Positions 50,691 through 64,000 of a stretch of DNA of 64,000 nucleotides are shown here, one piece after another. Numbering within the stretch: position 1 is the first letter of the stretch; each line of letters begins with the position of its first letter. The DNA comes from Felis catus (taxonomy: Eukaryota), in contig NC_058368.1 of assembly GCF_018350175.1 (NCBI RefSeq), positions 220,474,001 to 220,538,000 of the forward strand, in the 5' to 3' direction. The position numbers and the translations under genes are program-made. The notes beneath the pieces were generated by a model. The model ran no database searches. It was not told where the DNA came from and was given only the letters and a program-made list of their open reading frames with translations.

Positions 50691-51084
50691 AATAAAGGAA
50701 TCCAAAATTAATTATCAACTTAAATGAATGTATTTGCTTTTTTTCCCATTTCTTACACATTAGGATTTTTTCTTCCTATCACTTGTATAACAACTTCTAC
50801 TCTAATGATTTAGAAGTTATATTTTAAATTTAGAATTTTTTTACTTGTATATTATTAGAAAATGTAAAAAAAAATCTAGAATATTATTCTGATCCTACCA
50901 CTCTAGCTATAAAAGTCATATTATTCCTTGCATGTGTTTGTATAAATAGTATAAATATAACCAGATCCAAGTTAAATTTAAGAATTTATTCTCAATTTTA
51001 TTTGGCTTAATTTAAGTGTCCAATTAATAGATCGGTTTTGTTTACTGGTACATACACACTTTTATTGGATTGTATTCATGGGTA

Positions 51085-51278
51085 ATTTTTTCCTTTAATG
51101 CTTATTTTTGAGAGAGAGTGACAGAAGGAGTGCAAGTAGGGGAGGAATACAGAGGATCTGAAGCAGGTTCTGTGCTAACAGTAAAGAGCCCAACATGGGG
51201 CTTGAACCCACAAACCCATGAGATTATGACCTGAGCCAAAGTCAGATGCTTAACCAACTGAGCCACCCAGGTGCCCCC
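51085..51278 (-). mobile_element. Feline SINE
   Basis: Reverse head ...tgagccacccaggtgcccc, GA tract. Confidence 0.94.
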
Positions 51279-53860
51279 TGGATAAGCTTTAATTCTGCTT
51301 TTTTTTTTAATGTGGCATTTTTTAAATTATGTATTATGCCTAGTAATTCTCACTATGAATTACTGGAAGGAAATGCTTGAAATTGGATCTCAGGTACTCT
51401 TCCATTTAATTCTGTCCCATATATGCAGTAATCCAAAAACATCCCATGCCTGCAACTGTCTATGTGTACTATTGTTAGGATACTTTTTCATTTCAACTAT
51501 TGTGTATCGACGTATATTATGTTATATACAAACTTCACTTTCACATAGTAAAATTGTCATTTGTTTTACCAAAATAAATCATTGTATCTATAGTATTAGT
51601 AAGTATACGAATAATCATTGGACCTGATTGCCAAATGTATCAGTCCAAATTTTTAAATAGAATTTAGAGCTTTAACAGCTATTGTATATCAGAATGGTGT
51701 CTATAATTCCTTAGTACATCTACCCCAAGGTTGTTACCTTGGAGTCTGGGTAAACATAAGCTCAAATATTTATTTCTGCTTCAAATGCATATTCCCAAGA
51801 TAGGAGTCCTAACCAAGACTCTCGCTACGTAAAGTTTTAATTTGCCCAGATTTTAGCTATAGAATAAATGTAATAGTGTGCCAAAAATTTCCCTTTACAA
51901 TCTGCTCCCAATTTCTCTTTCCAGATGCCTGACTACTTCCGACACCCACCCTATATTTCAATGACACTGGATGAGTTGACAGTCTTCGAATAGCTATGCA
52001 ATTTCAAACTCTACAATTCTGCTGTTTCTTTCTCTTGGAATGTCTTTCACCACTTTCTTCAACTGGAGAAAAACTCTTTTTCAGACAGTTTTTAATGTGT
52101 CTGGCTGACATATGAAAATGCAAGTTCCTCTGTGATTTGGAAAATATAAACACATGAAAAATATCCCAAAAATGTGGGTATCTGGAATTGCTTACAAAAA
52201 ATAGCACACTAAAAGACTCCCAAACTGCTCTCTTATTAGACTTTTCTAAATTCTCAGGTGTTATTATTTACTAAAAATGATTTTTAAAATAAAGAATTTG
52301 TTTACACAGATAAAACTTATTTTGAGTCTGTAATAGATACAAAATAATAAAAAAGAAACTGCTGCAAACTTTGAGAAGCCAAAGTTTAGGTGGCACTATA
52401 TTAAAGGAGATAACAGGGGAGTTACTTAGAGAGACGGGTGCATACTTTATTCCCATCTGTCATAATGATCTCGGTGGCTTTATACGGGCCATTCTGTCTC
52501 ATGACGATACACCTTTCCTCATGTGTAGAATTGCTTTCTTCAACTCTTATTGCAGAAATAAAAAGTACATATTCTGTAAAGTGCATCTTAATGTCACCTC
52601 TTTTGGGGAAGCTTGCCTGGGTCATTTTCTCGGCCAATTTAAGCATTGTTCTTTTCTGTACCTTGCCGCACCTCTTTTATAGCTTTTATCTGGTTTGGTA
52701 GTTAAAAAAAAAAAAAGCATTCATTGTCTTTCCAGTCCTACATTTTGAACTTCAAAAAGAAAGCACTCTTAATTCACTTGAACATTAGCAACTCAACAAG
52801 TAAACATTTGTTTAGTGGTGGCTGAACAAGGACAATGCATTCTATGACAGCTCAAATTCAGCTAGAATACAGACTTCAAAAGGACAGGTTTTGTGTGTAT
52901 GTTGCCAGCTATGGTTCACAGACACACACAAAAATTACTTGGCATTTGCTAATTGCTTTGGATGGATAATATTTTAAGGGATTGAGCAATATGATTTTGT
53001 TCTCAAGATTTCTTACTATTATATCTCCATTCTTCTATGCAGTCACAGTGGCATCGTTACATGTATTTCCTCAAGTAGGGCATTGCACAGGAAAAAAAAT
53101 TCAGAAAGAAAAATATAAGAACTGAGTAATTCTTTCTGAAACTTTCATATATCCACATCATAACCCAAGAAAAGTCAAAGGCTTCACATACCAAAAAAAA
53201 TTTTTAAAGGTTGTTGAAACACATGTGAAATTTAAGAAAATATTTAAACCATATTACCAAGATGAGAATGATTCCCAACATCAGAGAAACAGAGAATCAA
53301 AGAAGAAAAACAATGCAGGTGGATGAGAGGTTTTAATTTCATAGATCTTGGGAAGAAGATAGAGGTCTTGGAGAAAGCATGTGGTGAATTTCTGTTTTCA
53401 TCTCAACATTGCTAGGCAAAGACAGTGTAGCCAGGATCTGGTAGCCATCAGGTCACCAGTGTAGAATCCACAGACTTCCCATTTGAATATTCGAGTGGGC
53501 TTGCCTTGAGGAGTTGTCCCTGCCAGCATATTACAAGTCCATTTTCTTGCATAATTAACACCCACTTGTTCCCTAAGACGTTAATATAGTCTTATCCTAA
53601 TTCCACATGAATGAATTTACTCTCTTTTAACAATGGAAGATACATATCCCCAAATTAGGGCTATAGAGTTGATTTAGAAGAAGGCTTATGATGTGAAAAG
53701 GAGATTGTCAAATTACAAATTTACTTGGGAGGAAATCAGTTGAACCAACTCAATATCTTCTTCAGAACCAGAGAAAAAGTAAAACATACCCAACCACATA
53801 ATTCACTATGCAATAGGCAAGTCAACAAATGATTACCTACGTGGCAGTGCCTTGAAGGAG

Positions 53861-53862
<2 letters not shown>

Positions 53863-53901
<39 letters not shown>

Positions 53902-53903
53902 AT
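53863..53903. repeat. (TAAA)n microsatellite
   Basis: Direct read. Confidence 0.95.
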
Positions 53904-54489
53904 GTATGGAAGAAGCTAATCAGAAGGACAAAAACAAAAAGAGTCAACCAGTCAGAGCTACTTTTAAATTTGAATGCACATTAATTTAGACATAATCTAA
54001 AATGAACAGAACAGTGGGGAGTTAACTACCTACTTTCAAAAACTGTGTTATAGGTAGAGGTAGGAATGCTTCATATTAAGTTCCCCAAAAGTAATCTGTG
54101 CAAAACCACATGGGGTTTGTTAGCACTGAAAGATGACCACAACTAAAATATCATCCTGAAGTCTTAGTAGATTGATTAAAAACAAGTTAGCTTAATGACA
54201 GTGGATAAAACTGTAAACCCAGAGTTCACTTCTGTGTATCTGTGTGTCTCTTGTGTTACAAGTTATAAATTGACCTAAAAATCTAAATACGCAATTAATA
54301 ATCAGTTGTTAATTAGATTAGATATTTAAGGGTTAAAGAAAACATGTATATAGTGAAAATTATGAGTGATCTTTAAGTGCAGTGGTAATGAAGTCCTTCT
54401 TAGAATACTAAAAGCCAAGACACTGATTTGACTGCCAAAAAAATTGAAATTTTTGCTATCTAAAGTCACCATAAAAGTGAGAATTTTAC

Positions 54490-55000
54490 CACAACTATAA
54501 ATTATTTGCCACATATGTACAAAGGGTGTACATTATCAGTACATAAAATAATTTAATATATCAGCAAGAAAACAAGTATCGTAATAGAAAAAGTCAACAA
54601 AAAATCACAAAACTCAGTTTACTAAAAAAGAATTTGGTAGTAGTTATATACAAACAAACAAACAAAAGAGACAAAAAATCATATTTACTAGTGGCCAAAA
54701 AATTAAAACTAACAGATAGTGTGGTGATATTTTTAATCTCCCAAACTGTCAAAAAAATTAAAAGGTAACACCCCATGTTATTGAGGCTTCTGGGAAACAT
54801 ATACTAAAAATCTTAAAAACAGGCATTGAATCACAGCAATGATCAACATGTTAGAAATGTATTTAGAATATTTAGTCATGGATATAATGGAAAACATTAA
54901 TTCTTAGAATATCCTCAAAATGCTTTTAATAATGGTAAAAAGGTAGAAACAAAAGTACAACATTAAGCTAGAAGTTAAATATATTAAATTGCAGTGAATT
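54490..55000 (+). mobile_element. Old L1 (L1ME-like) fragment
   Basis: attatttgccacatatgtacaaagggt...cagcaagaaaacaag...taataatggtaaaaaggtagaaac. Confidence 0.55.
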
Positions 55001-55009
55001 ATATCACTT

Positions 55010-55125
55010 GGTCATTCATCATCAATTTATTTGCTATCAGGTGCTTACTATATGTCAAGCTCTGTGCTAGGCATTGGAGATACATCATTGAACAAGAGAG
55101 TCACTGCTCACAGTCAACTGAGTAA
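55010..55125 (-). mobile_element. L2 3' end
   Basis: gtgcttactatatgtcaagctctgtgctaggcattggagataca. Confidence 0.75.
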
Positions 55126-56508
55126 ACATTAGTAAAAAAAATAAAAAATAATAAAATAAGCTGATTGGTGATAAAAATTAAAGTGCTTAAGTGAAGTACT
55201 AAAGAATTAGGAAGGATATAACTAAATATTTTCTACAAGGACAAGGGTAAGATGGCTTCTCAGACTTAAGACTATCAAAGGGAAATGATCTTGGGAATTT
55301 TAAGCCTGCTAGAATCTTTCTGTGACCTTGTTCATATTTGAAATGAGGAGCCCACAGAGATTTGGCATATATCCAGCAGGTGAACTATTACTCTCTATGT
55401 AGTCATTAAAATGATGATAAAGTTCACAAAAGATTAATGCATTTAAAGTTTAATGCAAACCATAACGTAAGGTATTGCTCTGTTCTAGAATAGAAGCTTT
55501 CTATTTAGTTTGTGTGCCATTATCTAAAGTGAAGATCATAACCTCTATGCCAACTTGCAAAATACAGGACCAAAACAGATTTTTATCTCTATCTGCTAAT
55601 CCATCTCCAGTCTAATACTGAGTTTGGAGAGACCAACAAAATAGTGGGATATTATAAGATGTTGTGAGTAGGGGTGTTAAGGGGAAAGGTCTATAATTGG
55701 ACTATTCAGAGAACAAAATATATTTCCCTTAGAGATTGAGGGGCACAGTGGATAGTGCCTGATTGACATTTGGGGAATCCAAAGGTGCTGCCAGTTGCAT
55801 TAATTTCATACCATCAAAGAGGTGGCAGACCAAGGGTGGAAAGGAGTCATGGAAATTTCTGCATGAGAAACTGGATTAGAGCTTTGCATGGATCAAATGT
55901 TTAACATAATCAGGAGAGGAAAGTGGCTTTGGATTGTTTCAGCTTCTGTTCAAGGAGCCCACCTGAATGGGCAAAATGATGCCAATACATCGAAAGAAAC
56001 TGGAGGCACATCTAAATGACTTAAGGTTGGAAAAAGAAGATGTGTAACTTTCGAAGCAGTTAACTCCCTCAAAAGAATTTCACTGAGAGATCTTCCATAA
56101 TAGAGGTAAATTCCTATTAAAGAGCAATGAAAATGTTTCATAAGTATGCCAGCCTCCTCCATCCCAATGGCCCCACAAAACTTCTGTGGGTGCATGTGGA
56201 GTGAGCACTTCCATTAGTTCTCAAAACTCCTTCCTTCTTTGGCTTGCCTTTAGGCAGATGAAATATATTCTCCTTCTTGGAGGAGAGGGGAGGTCCCAGT
56301 AATCCTTATTGCATTAACGAAGCTGTAGTAACTATGTCTTTTTTTTATCAATAAAATTTTCATTTTCGTTCATATAATCCTTATGGTAAACAGTGACCTA
56401 TGGTTAAAAAGATTATCTTTTAGCTTTCCTGCTAGATATTTAGTACTTACTATCCTCATCTAATTAAGCTCCTAAAAACAAACTTGAACTAGAAAACTGT
56501 TAAAAGGT

Positions 56509-56509
<1 letters not shown>

Positions 56510-56544
<35 letters not shown>
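56510..56544. repeat. (CA)n microsatellite
   Basis: Direct read. Confidence 0.97.
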
Positions 56545-56546
<2 letters not shown>

Positions 56547-56559
56547 CCTTATTAAAATA

Positions 56560-56648
56560 TAAGCCCATGAAACAGGTATTTTTGTTCTCTTTCCTTATAT
56601 TACCAGTGCCTGGCACATGGTATATTCAATAAATGTTTGTTGAATGAA
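56560..56648 (+). mobile_element. L2 3' end
   Basis: cagtgcctggcacatggtatattcaataaatgtttgttgaatgaa. Confidence 0.75.
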
Positions 56649-57039
56649 ACTAACCAAGGTTTGCTCTCACAATATCCTCAACTAAATTATGAATAATACA
56701 AGAAAACCCACAACTTTTATCGATATTATTGCTAATACTGTTTTGAAATTATCACAAAGGTAATTAAACAAGAGAAAGGCAGATCACATCTCTATTTCTA
56801 GTTTCCTGTTTATATTTTTAAGACAAAGTGGCACACATATTAAATTGTGCCAGTTATATGTTTATATACTTAGCAATTTCAAAGGAGTCAACTGAAATAT
56901 GAGAATCAATAAGAAAACTCACCAAGGTGATGGATTAAAAAATCAAATGTTTTAAAATACCGTTAGAAATAACATTGGCATTATAAAATAAAGTACATAG
57001 TTAGCCTTTGTAGTAGTAAACAGTACAAAAAACATGAAA

Positions 57040-57502
57040 TCACTGCACTCCCCCTGATCTCCACTACTCTATCTCACGACAATCTTCTCATTTTCCTCAG
57101 GCTCCTAAAATTAGTAAATTAATCCCCAGGATCTTTGCAGATACATTACAAAGGTGTTTCATTTTCCCTATGCCCGCTCTCCCATGTGTCACTGACTTAG
57201 TGTCTGCTTAATTTTTGCATTTCACAAAGGAGGCCTTCCCTCGTTCTCTTAGGCCAGATCAGGTCAAACTGTTAGATGGGTTTTTTTCTCAGTATGAGAA
57301 TTATATTTCATAGTTGGTGGGATTTTGCATTCTCTATAGAAGAGAAATTTGCATTTTCGTGATTATTTGACCAATGTTTATTTTTACAGCAGGAGGTAAA
57401 CCATAAGACTGGATCTCTCTATAAGTAAACAAATGATAGCCCAGGGCTCAGCATACCACCTGCCACATGATAGAGATTTAATAAATACTGGGAGAATGAA
57501 TG
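57040..57502 (+). mobile_element. L2 fragment
   Basis: cccaggatctttgca..., ggaggccttccct, gcccagggctcagcataccacctgccacatgatag...aataaatactgggagaatgaatg. Confidence 0.6.
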
Positions 57503-59648
57503 GACATGTGAATTGATACAAATTAATTCATAAACGGATTAATAACGAACTGTAGTAGATCAAAGACCAGGAGTGAAAGTCCATCCAAAGCACTGAGAAT
57601 ACTGAGGCAGACAGGGTATGTCAGTGTTCACATTGTAGGATCATTGGTTCCATACATTGGCTGGGAACATACATGGTTTGAATGGCTTCCAAGTCTGTGA
57701 CTTTTAAAATTTGAAACATTAAGCCAACTTTCATGTGAAATACTTGCATTAATACAAAATTAAGATTATGCAAAAGACTTACTGTGAAAAGAAAACCAAA
57801 AGGAAAACAAGAGTAGTACTTGGATATTTGTGTTTCTGTGCTGTGCAAAAACTGAGTATCTCTGACTTCTATAGTAAGTTTATAATTCAATTATTCCATT
57901 TTACACTCTTTTATGATTGGACTAATTAAGATAAAATTTAAAACTCGTGCTGTATGTCCAAATTATATGTTATTTGGATGGTACAAAATAATATGTCTTT
58001 TAATGGCAATATTAAATGCAACTTTTATCAGGTTTACAGTAACGATCTAATTTAGAAATTGACAAAAATAAGAAATGAGATTTCTTCGTCTGCTTAAGAC
58101 CCACTTTTTAAAACTTTCACAATTTTTTTCTAAACAATTTCGAAGTTGTTATATTTACTTCACAGGAAAGCTGAATTTATCAGAATAAAAGTTGATTGGT
58201 ATTAATCATTAGGGATCATCCAATCACTTTAATAATTCTCATTGTGCTTTACTAGAAGTTTATCAACTTAAAAATAATTTATTTTTCAGACAGTTTCTGG
58301 AGAGCTGACATTTTCTGCATTTTAATTTGTTATGGTACATCACTTTTATTGACTGTCTTTATATGGGTTACAGGTGAAACAAAAAATAGAATTATATCTT
58401 ACTTATTTTTTGAATGAGGAAAAATATTGTTTTGTGATTAGGAAAAAAACTACTATTTTGTTAGAATTAAAAGAAAATCTCAGCCTGTCCTTTTTCATCT
58501 TCTTACAGCAAGCAGACTCGGATAAATTGACTCAAAGTACAAAAGAATGAGTAATGTGCAGCTGGAATAATCCTCTATAAGATGAATGAAAGCTGACAAC
58601 TTCAATTACAATTTGAAGTGTCTCTTTGTGTATGAATGTGATTTAATGGAAATCTGATATTCAATAAACCTGACTTTCTTTATGATTTATAACAGCTAGC
58701 CTTAGGTTACCCAGATGTATTTTATAGTGTAAAATGGCACAATGCCCTCTTCCAGTGGTATGCAAATTTTTCCACCAGCCAAGAATCAAAGTATATTTTT
58801 TTCTGATCAAAAAGAAGCATATGTGTGACTCTAATGAACTTCAATTTTATTACAGACTCTGACCCCCACCCCAGAACCCTTTATTTTATTTCTTGAAGCA
58901 ACACAAAGAGTCTGCTGACATTCTGTCTAATCATTCTTCCACATCCCACTTAATTTCTTCCACCTCAAATGTGTATAAGGCAGAATGAAAAGAAAGTTAT
59001 CCCAGGAAACATTTTCTTGAAGTCTGATATCTGTATATACGACCCAACCTGAAGTCATAAGTATTTTTCTAGCCCACTTAAGGAGGTTTATTAAAGATTA
59101 ACTATTCTTCAAGAGCATAATTAAACTGTAATATAGGTTAAGGATTTATTTGAACTATAACTAGAGGTGTATTCATATCTTTTTCTGAAAAAAAAAACTA
59201 TTAGAAAATATCACAGTATGTTATGACTTTATCTGGCTTCAAGATAACTACCATATACTGATTCTATATCAAAAAACGCATTATCGTATAATTTAAAAGA
59301 ATAAAATAGCAGAAAATGATAAATGTTTATCCTCAAAAAGGACAAACAGAGATAAATATGATTTATCTCATTGACTTTTAACAGCAATGATGTTGGGACT
59401 TACTCTAACTACTGTTTTAAAAATGAAGATTTTTAGATTTACAGAGGGTGAATAACCTCCTGATTTTACATAATTAGTGAGTGGTAGAACCAGGACACAA
59501 ACTAACATCTCCATAATATAAGATGGTTGCATACATATTATAATTGGAGAAAAAATATGTTTGTATAAGATCTTGATTAAATTCAATCTGGTTACTGTAT
59601 ATTTGCCATGTAAGTGTCCAGCTGTCTGTCTATATATTGATCTACCTA

Positions 59649-60068
59649 TGATCAGAGGTTGTTTTATGGAAGCTGACTCTTAGACTCAAATTAACATGCA
59701 GAATGTTTAAGGGTGTACTTTTAGGATCCAAACCCATGGAAAGAAAAGAAAGGAATGAAAACTTGGTCGGAGGGGAAGTTTGGAAGAGATTCAATTCCTA
59801 GGGAGAACTACCTGAGACTACAGACAACTCTGAAGCCTCAGTGGCCCATCTTAGATATTCCAAGTGGGGCCAAAAGAATCAAAACTTTATTGTCCTTCAT
59901 AACCAATCACTGGATGCAGGGGTCCTGAAAAAAGGTATGTGAACTTTTTTTAACCATGTTAATTCAGAAGAGTGCTAAAAACTGAGGGCTCTCTGTCAAC
60001 AGCATTCCCATCAACCATTAGAAATAGACCTGAAGGAATGTCTGAGTTATTCATCGTAATGTCCACCA
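59649..60068 (-). mobile_element. LTR16C-like ERVL LTR
   Basis: ggaagctgactcttaga...ggaggggaagtt...accaatcactggatgcagg...cctgaagg...tccacca colinear with remembered reverse LTR16C. Confidence 0.65.
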
Positions 60069-60754
60069 TTATGCGTGGTGGACCTACATGGATAGTGATA
60101 ACACTATACAATTATGTAGAGCTATGCATATATAACACAATTTGTATTTTAGATCTAGATAAGTCAACAGCTAGCTTGGACCACATATTGTTATTAAACA
60201 AATAAGCCCAAAGCTTTGCATTTTATTAAGATGCAGAATATGCACTTTTAAAAAAAAAATAATACAGGAAAATAAAATAAAATGCATTTTGTATCTTAGG
60301 AGGCAATGAAGTATGACTTTATGAATACCTTTAAAGCAGTGGTAAGGCGATTTAGACCTGTCACTAAATCTGTCCACTAGGCTGAATAATAATGTCTGTG
60401 GAAAAAATAAAAGCAGTGAACTTAGTTTCAGGGTCTAAGAGGAGAAGGTTGTCTAAGTGCATAAAACCACTTCAAGCTTCACAAACACCTGTAGATATGA
60501 TTTTCTTCTATGTTTTGCTCAAAGAGGGAGGCTCAGAAATAGAAGATACAAGGGAGTCATTCTCAAATGCTCAAGAAAGAAGTGGTTAACATTTAAGAGT
60601 ACATCTCAGATCAGAAAATGTATGATGACAAAACAAAACAAACAAACAAACAAACAAAAAACCTAAGGAGTTAGACTAAGAAGTGTGACAGAATCCTGAA
60701 ATCTACAGTGTTGTAGAATTGTATACTGGGTGTGAGTAAGGAGAAAATAACTCA

Positions 60755-61190
60755 ACGTAGTGGTTGAGATTGAGAATGATCGCTGCGTTGGCACTGCCTG
60801 AATCTAGTGACCATTAGTCTGAACATCGTGGCAATGACAAGCGTACTTTCATGTCACTGTTCATGACTAAATATGCCGTATGGAAGGGGTGAGTCAGAAA
60901 CGGCAGAGAAGTTGATCTGATGCTCTATTTGGAAGAACAAATGCACACAAACAGCTTTATGTAATAACTACACTGAATAGACAAGAGTTCTCAGCAACTA
61001 AAATGGCGTATAAATACACAGAGGCAGTCTAAAATGTACTTCCAAGTAGATAACAGCGCCTCTGTGCTTCCTCCCTTCCCCGCCTCCCCCAAAAAAGCCA
61101 TATAGAAAGAAATCCTGGGGAAGTCTAACCTTTTTTGCCCGTTCTCCCCATTTGCCTCTGTTCGAGTCATCACCATTACTTCTCGTTCAG
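60755..61190. promoter_or_regulatory. Candidate promoter/enhancer-like element
   Basis: 13 CpGs in ~435 bp of unique DNA; TGAGTCA 60890, AAAATGGCG 61000, TATAAATA 61009, GC-box-like 61078; motif evidence only. Confidence 0.35.
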
Positions 61191-61737
61191 TGGTGTAATT
61201 TTTTCTTCCATTAACTTTAATAGGCTTTATACCAATGTTAAGCAATGGGATCATTTTACACTGACTGGGTTGATGAGAAATACCTCCACTCAATTAGTTT
61301 CTCAATACTGGAATATTTTAAAATGAAGAAGAAATAGGCAATCTGAAAAGTCTAAGCTGAAAATGAGGTACAAGTTTCTCTATTCTTATACTCTATGATG
61401 TTTGAAAAACTTGATATATTTCTATGGTAACAATGGGGAAAATGTATTCAGCAACCCCCTGAGAATAGTAGATCATGAACTATCTTTCACACATGAAATA
61501 TCTATAAAACTATACAAGCAATTTAAAAAAGATTTCACTTTGCCTGGGATAAAGTTTCATATATTAGGGATTTTGTATTTTGTCATAATGGTTTCCCTTA
61601 TATTCAGGGAGAATATGTTATCTAATGTAAAATTGAGACCAGAATATTATTTAGATGTATTAGTTTACAGGTATTGTGTTCATTCTTGCAAAAATTTAAG
61701 CCTCAAGTATTTCTTGTAGCATATTAAAATATTGTTT

Positions 61738-61945
61738 GGGGGGCCTAGGTGGCGCAGTCAGTTAAACATCTGACTCTTGATCTCGACTCAGGTCATGATC
61801 TCACGGTTTGTGAGTTCAAGCCCCGGGTCATGGTCTGCACTGATGGTGCAGAACCTACTTGGGATTCTCTCTCTCTCTGCCTCTCTCTGCTTGCTCTCTC
61901 ACTCTCTCTCTCTCAAAGTAAATAAATAAACTTAAAAAAATAAAA
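61738..61945 (+). mobile_element. CanSINE
   Basis: TSD taaaatattgtttgg 61725-61739/61946-61960. Confidence 0.96.
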
Positions 61946-64000
61946 TAAAATATTGTTTGGATATGAGATTGTTAAGATTTCTGAAAGTTAATTACATTGG
62001 AAAATATTGAATGAAAAAAGACTATTTTTTTTGTCCATAGTAGTCAAAAGCTATATATTAACATTCAACTTCTCAGATGGAAGTTGAGTGGAGGACTTCC
62101 ATAGATGGAGACCTCCATAGATGGAGGACTGTTATATTGCAAGAAATAAGAATATGTAGTAAATTTTACTGGAGACAAAAGTGCTCATTTTACATAAAGT
62201 ATATTAATTTCTATTTCATCAATTAAAAACACAAATTTATGTTATTCCTATCTATTTATGTACACTGCATACCTATGCTCACAAACACACATGCACACAA
62301 ACACAATTACAATGTTGGATGTACTCAATACATTTGCCCAAGTTTGATTGAACCACTCTGAGTATCTGTATGCTCCCTCTGATAGAGCGTGGAGTTACTT
62401 ATTCAAGTGAATCAGAATGCCAAAGAATTCTTGAATGCCTGGGGATAAAGGAGATTACTCCATGTTTCATTGACTTTCCTATGAATAGGACAGAAGTATA
62501 ATTGCCTGCACAGATTTTCTGTAGGTAATAGAAGTGTTAATTTTTTTTAATTTCCATTTTTGTATGGTATTTCCAGCCTTCTGTGTATAATAAGTAAATG
62601 GTAGAAAAACAGAGTCAAAAATATTAATGTCTTGTCTTGGTTCTTCAGAAATTATGAAACATATTTTTTTTTATTCTTGTGCATTACTTCACATGGTTTT
62701 AGAGAAATGATGCCAGATCTACAGGGTAGTGAATATCACAGTTTGAAGGAAGACTTCATACCAACTAATTAAAAAGGAAGAAGAAATCCTAAAAGTAAAG
62801 TAAAAGAATAAGAAAAATTTAAGAAAATTGTAAAAGGGAATGATGAGTTTCTAAAGGAGGAAACCGTTAAATGCTATTGTCTTGTATGAGAATCGTACCA
62901 TATATAACCTCACAGCCCCTCCCTCTCTCATTTACCACAAAAGGGTTAGACAACATGATCTCTAAAGATTCTTTAGTATCTAATTATTTAAATATCTCTA
63001 AAACTGTATTTTTGTTCCTACCTCAGTAAAAGGCACTTGTTGAATAAAAATTACAATTCTTCTTTACCAAATGCTATGGTTCAATCAAAAGAGACTTTAC
63101 ATGTTTAATTTCGTAGACTTGGCAGCCCGTATCTGTATGCCAAAGAAAGCCCAGAGAATCCAATCTGTGATGATGATTTATGATCACAAGATAACACCCA
63201 CTTGAAGACACTGATCCTTGATACCACATATCATCAGGTACTTTAAAATTTTTAAGATTACAGTTTACTTCCGAAGACTTTGCTGTGGCTGCACACACAT
63301 GTGTATTGTTTCAAACAGTAGGTTCGCATACCCTGAGAGGAAATAAAGTAGAAAGCAGTAGTTTATTGGGGACAGTAATCTACTGGGAGACACTGTATCT
63401 ACATTATATGCTTTGAAAACCATAGTCTCATTTCTCCCCAAATATACTGGTGTCTTTTATCCTAGAAGAATTTAAAATGGAGTTAGAAATCTCTCTGAAA
63501 TGGCAGAATCTCTTCAGCAAATAAATTTGCACTATGAAGAAGGAAACTACTGTTGTGACTCTTGATAACCACTCAGCACTAAAGTTATAGCCAAAGCACA
63601 AATTACTCTCAGTGGGTCAGTCTAGAGTAATTTCCCAGGTTTGAACAGCAATCATTACTGAAAAAGCTAAGCTGAATAAATATTTTAATGAATACTTTGA
63701 TTATCAAATTTATAGCCTACATTTTCTAGGCTGATCAGAATTAAATTTAGCTGTTAGAAATAATGTATGCCATTTTAAAAATGACACAGGAGAGATAAAA
63801 ACTAGAGGAGACATTTTTCAATGCACAATATCAATGAGAAGAATTGTAGGGAGAAGTTTCTAAAATAAGTAAATACGTCATAACAGATACAAAAAAATAC
63901 TATTTTCAGTTTTTCAAATATATGCTTAGTAACATTAAATGCTTTAATTGCTGCTAATTCACAAGCTAATTTTAAAAAAACCTTCAGGATTATTTGTTTT

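Noticed and set aside
51279..61737. ~10.5 kb without CanSINEs (also 13625-22518)
   Set aside because: With ~30 clustered insertions in 64 kb a gap this size is not clearly beyond chance
63116..63237. Possible exon (ttaatttcgtag ... cag/gtactt)
   Set aside because: Stops in all three frames; weak splice signals
1..64000. CRISPR array, prokaryotic operon or intact endogenous viral gene
   Set aside because: No regularly spaced repeats; longest ORF is 131 aa; content is typical mammalian intergenic or intronic DNA

Overview
AT-rich, non-coding mammalian genomic DNA, almost certainly from a felid: it carries about 30 tRNA-derived carnivore SINEs (CanSINE/SINEC_Fc type, several young with perfect target-site duplications, TSDs) and a feline-type L1 3' end. 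No protein-coding gene, intact RNA gene, CRISPR array or prokaryotic system is supportable. The ORFs I can recognise are SINE readings, L1 ORF2 remnants or microsatellite readings; the rest look like chance ORFs. The remainder is older eutherian repeats (L1M, L2, MIR, MaLR/ERVL LTRs, hAT MITEs), microsatellites and unique sequence. Most notable structure: one complex L1 insertion (13813-15821) combining a 5' inversion, a ~175 bp duplicated inverted arm and an apparent ~260 bp 3' transduction inside one TSD. Also notable: three SINEs inserted serially at the same target (47299-48125), a tRNA-Met 5'-half copy (8276-8313) and three CpG-retaining unique segments that may be regulatory. I found no convincing previously undescribed biological system. 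Repeat family names come from remembered consensus sequences, not a search, and boundaries of old repeats are approximate.
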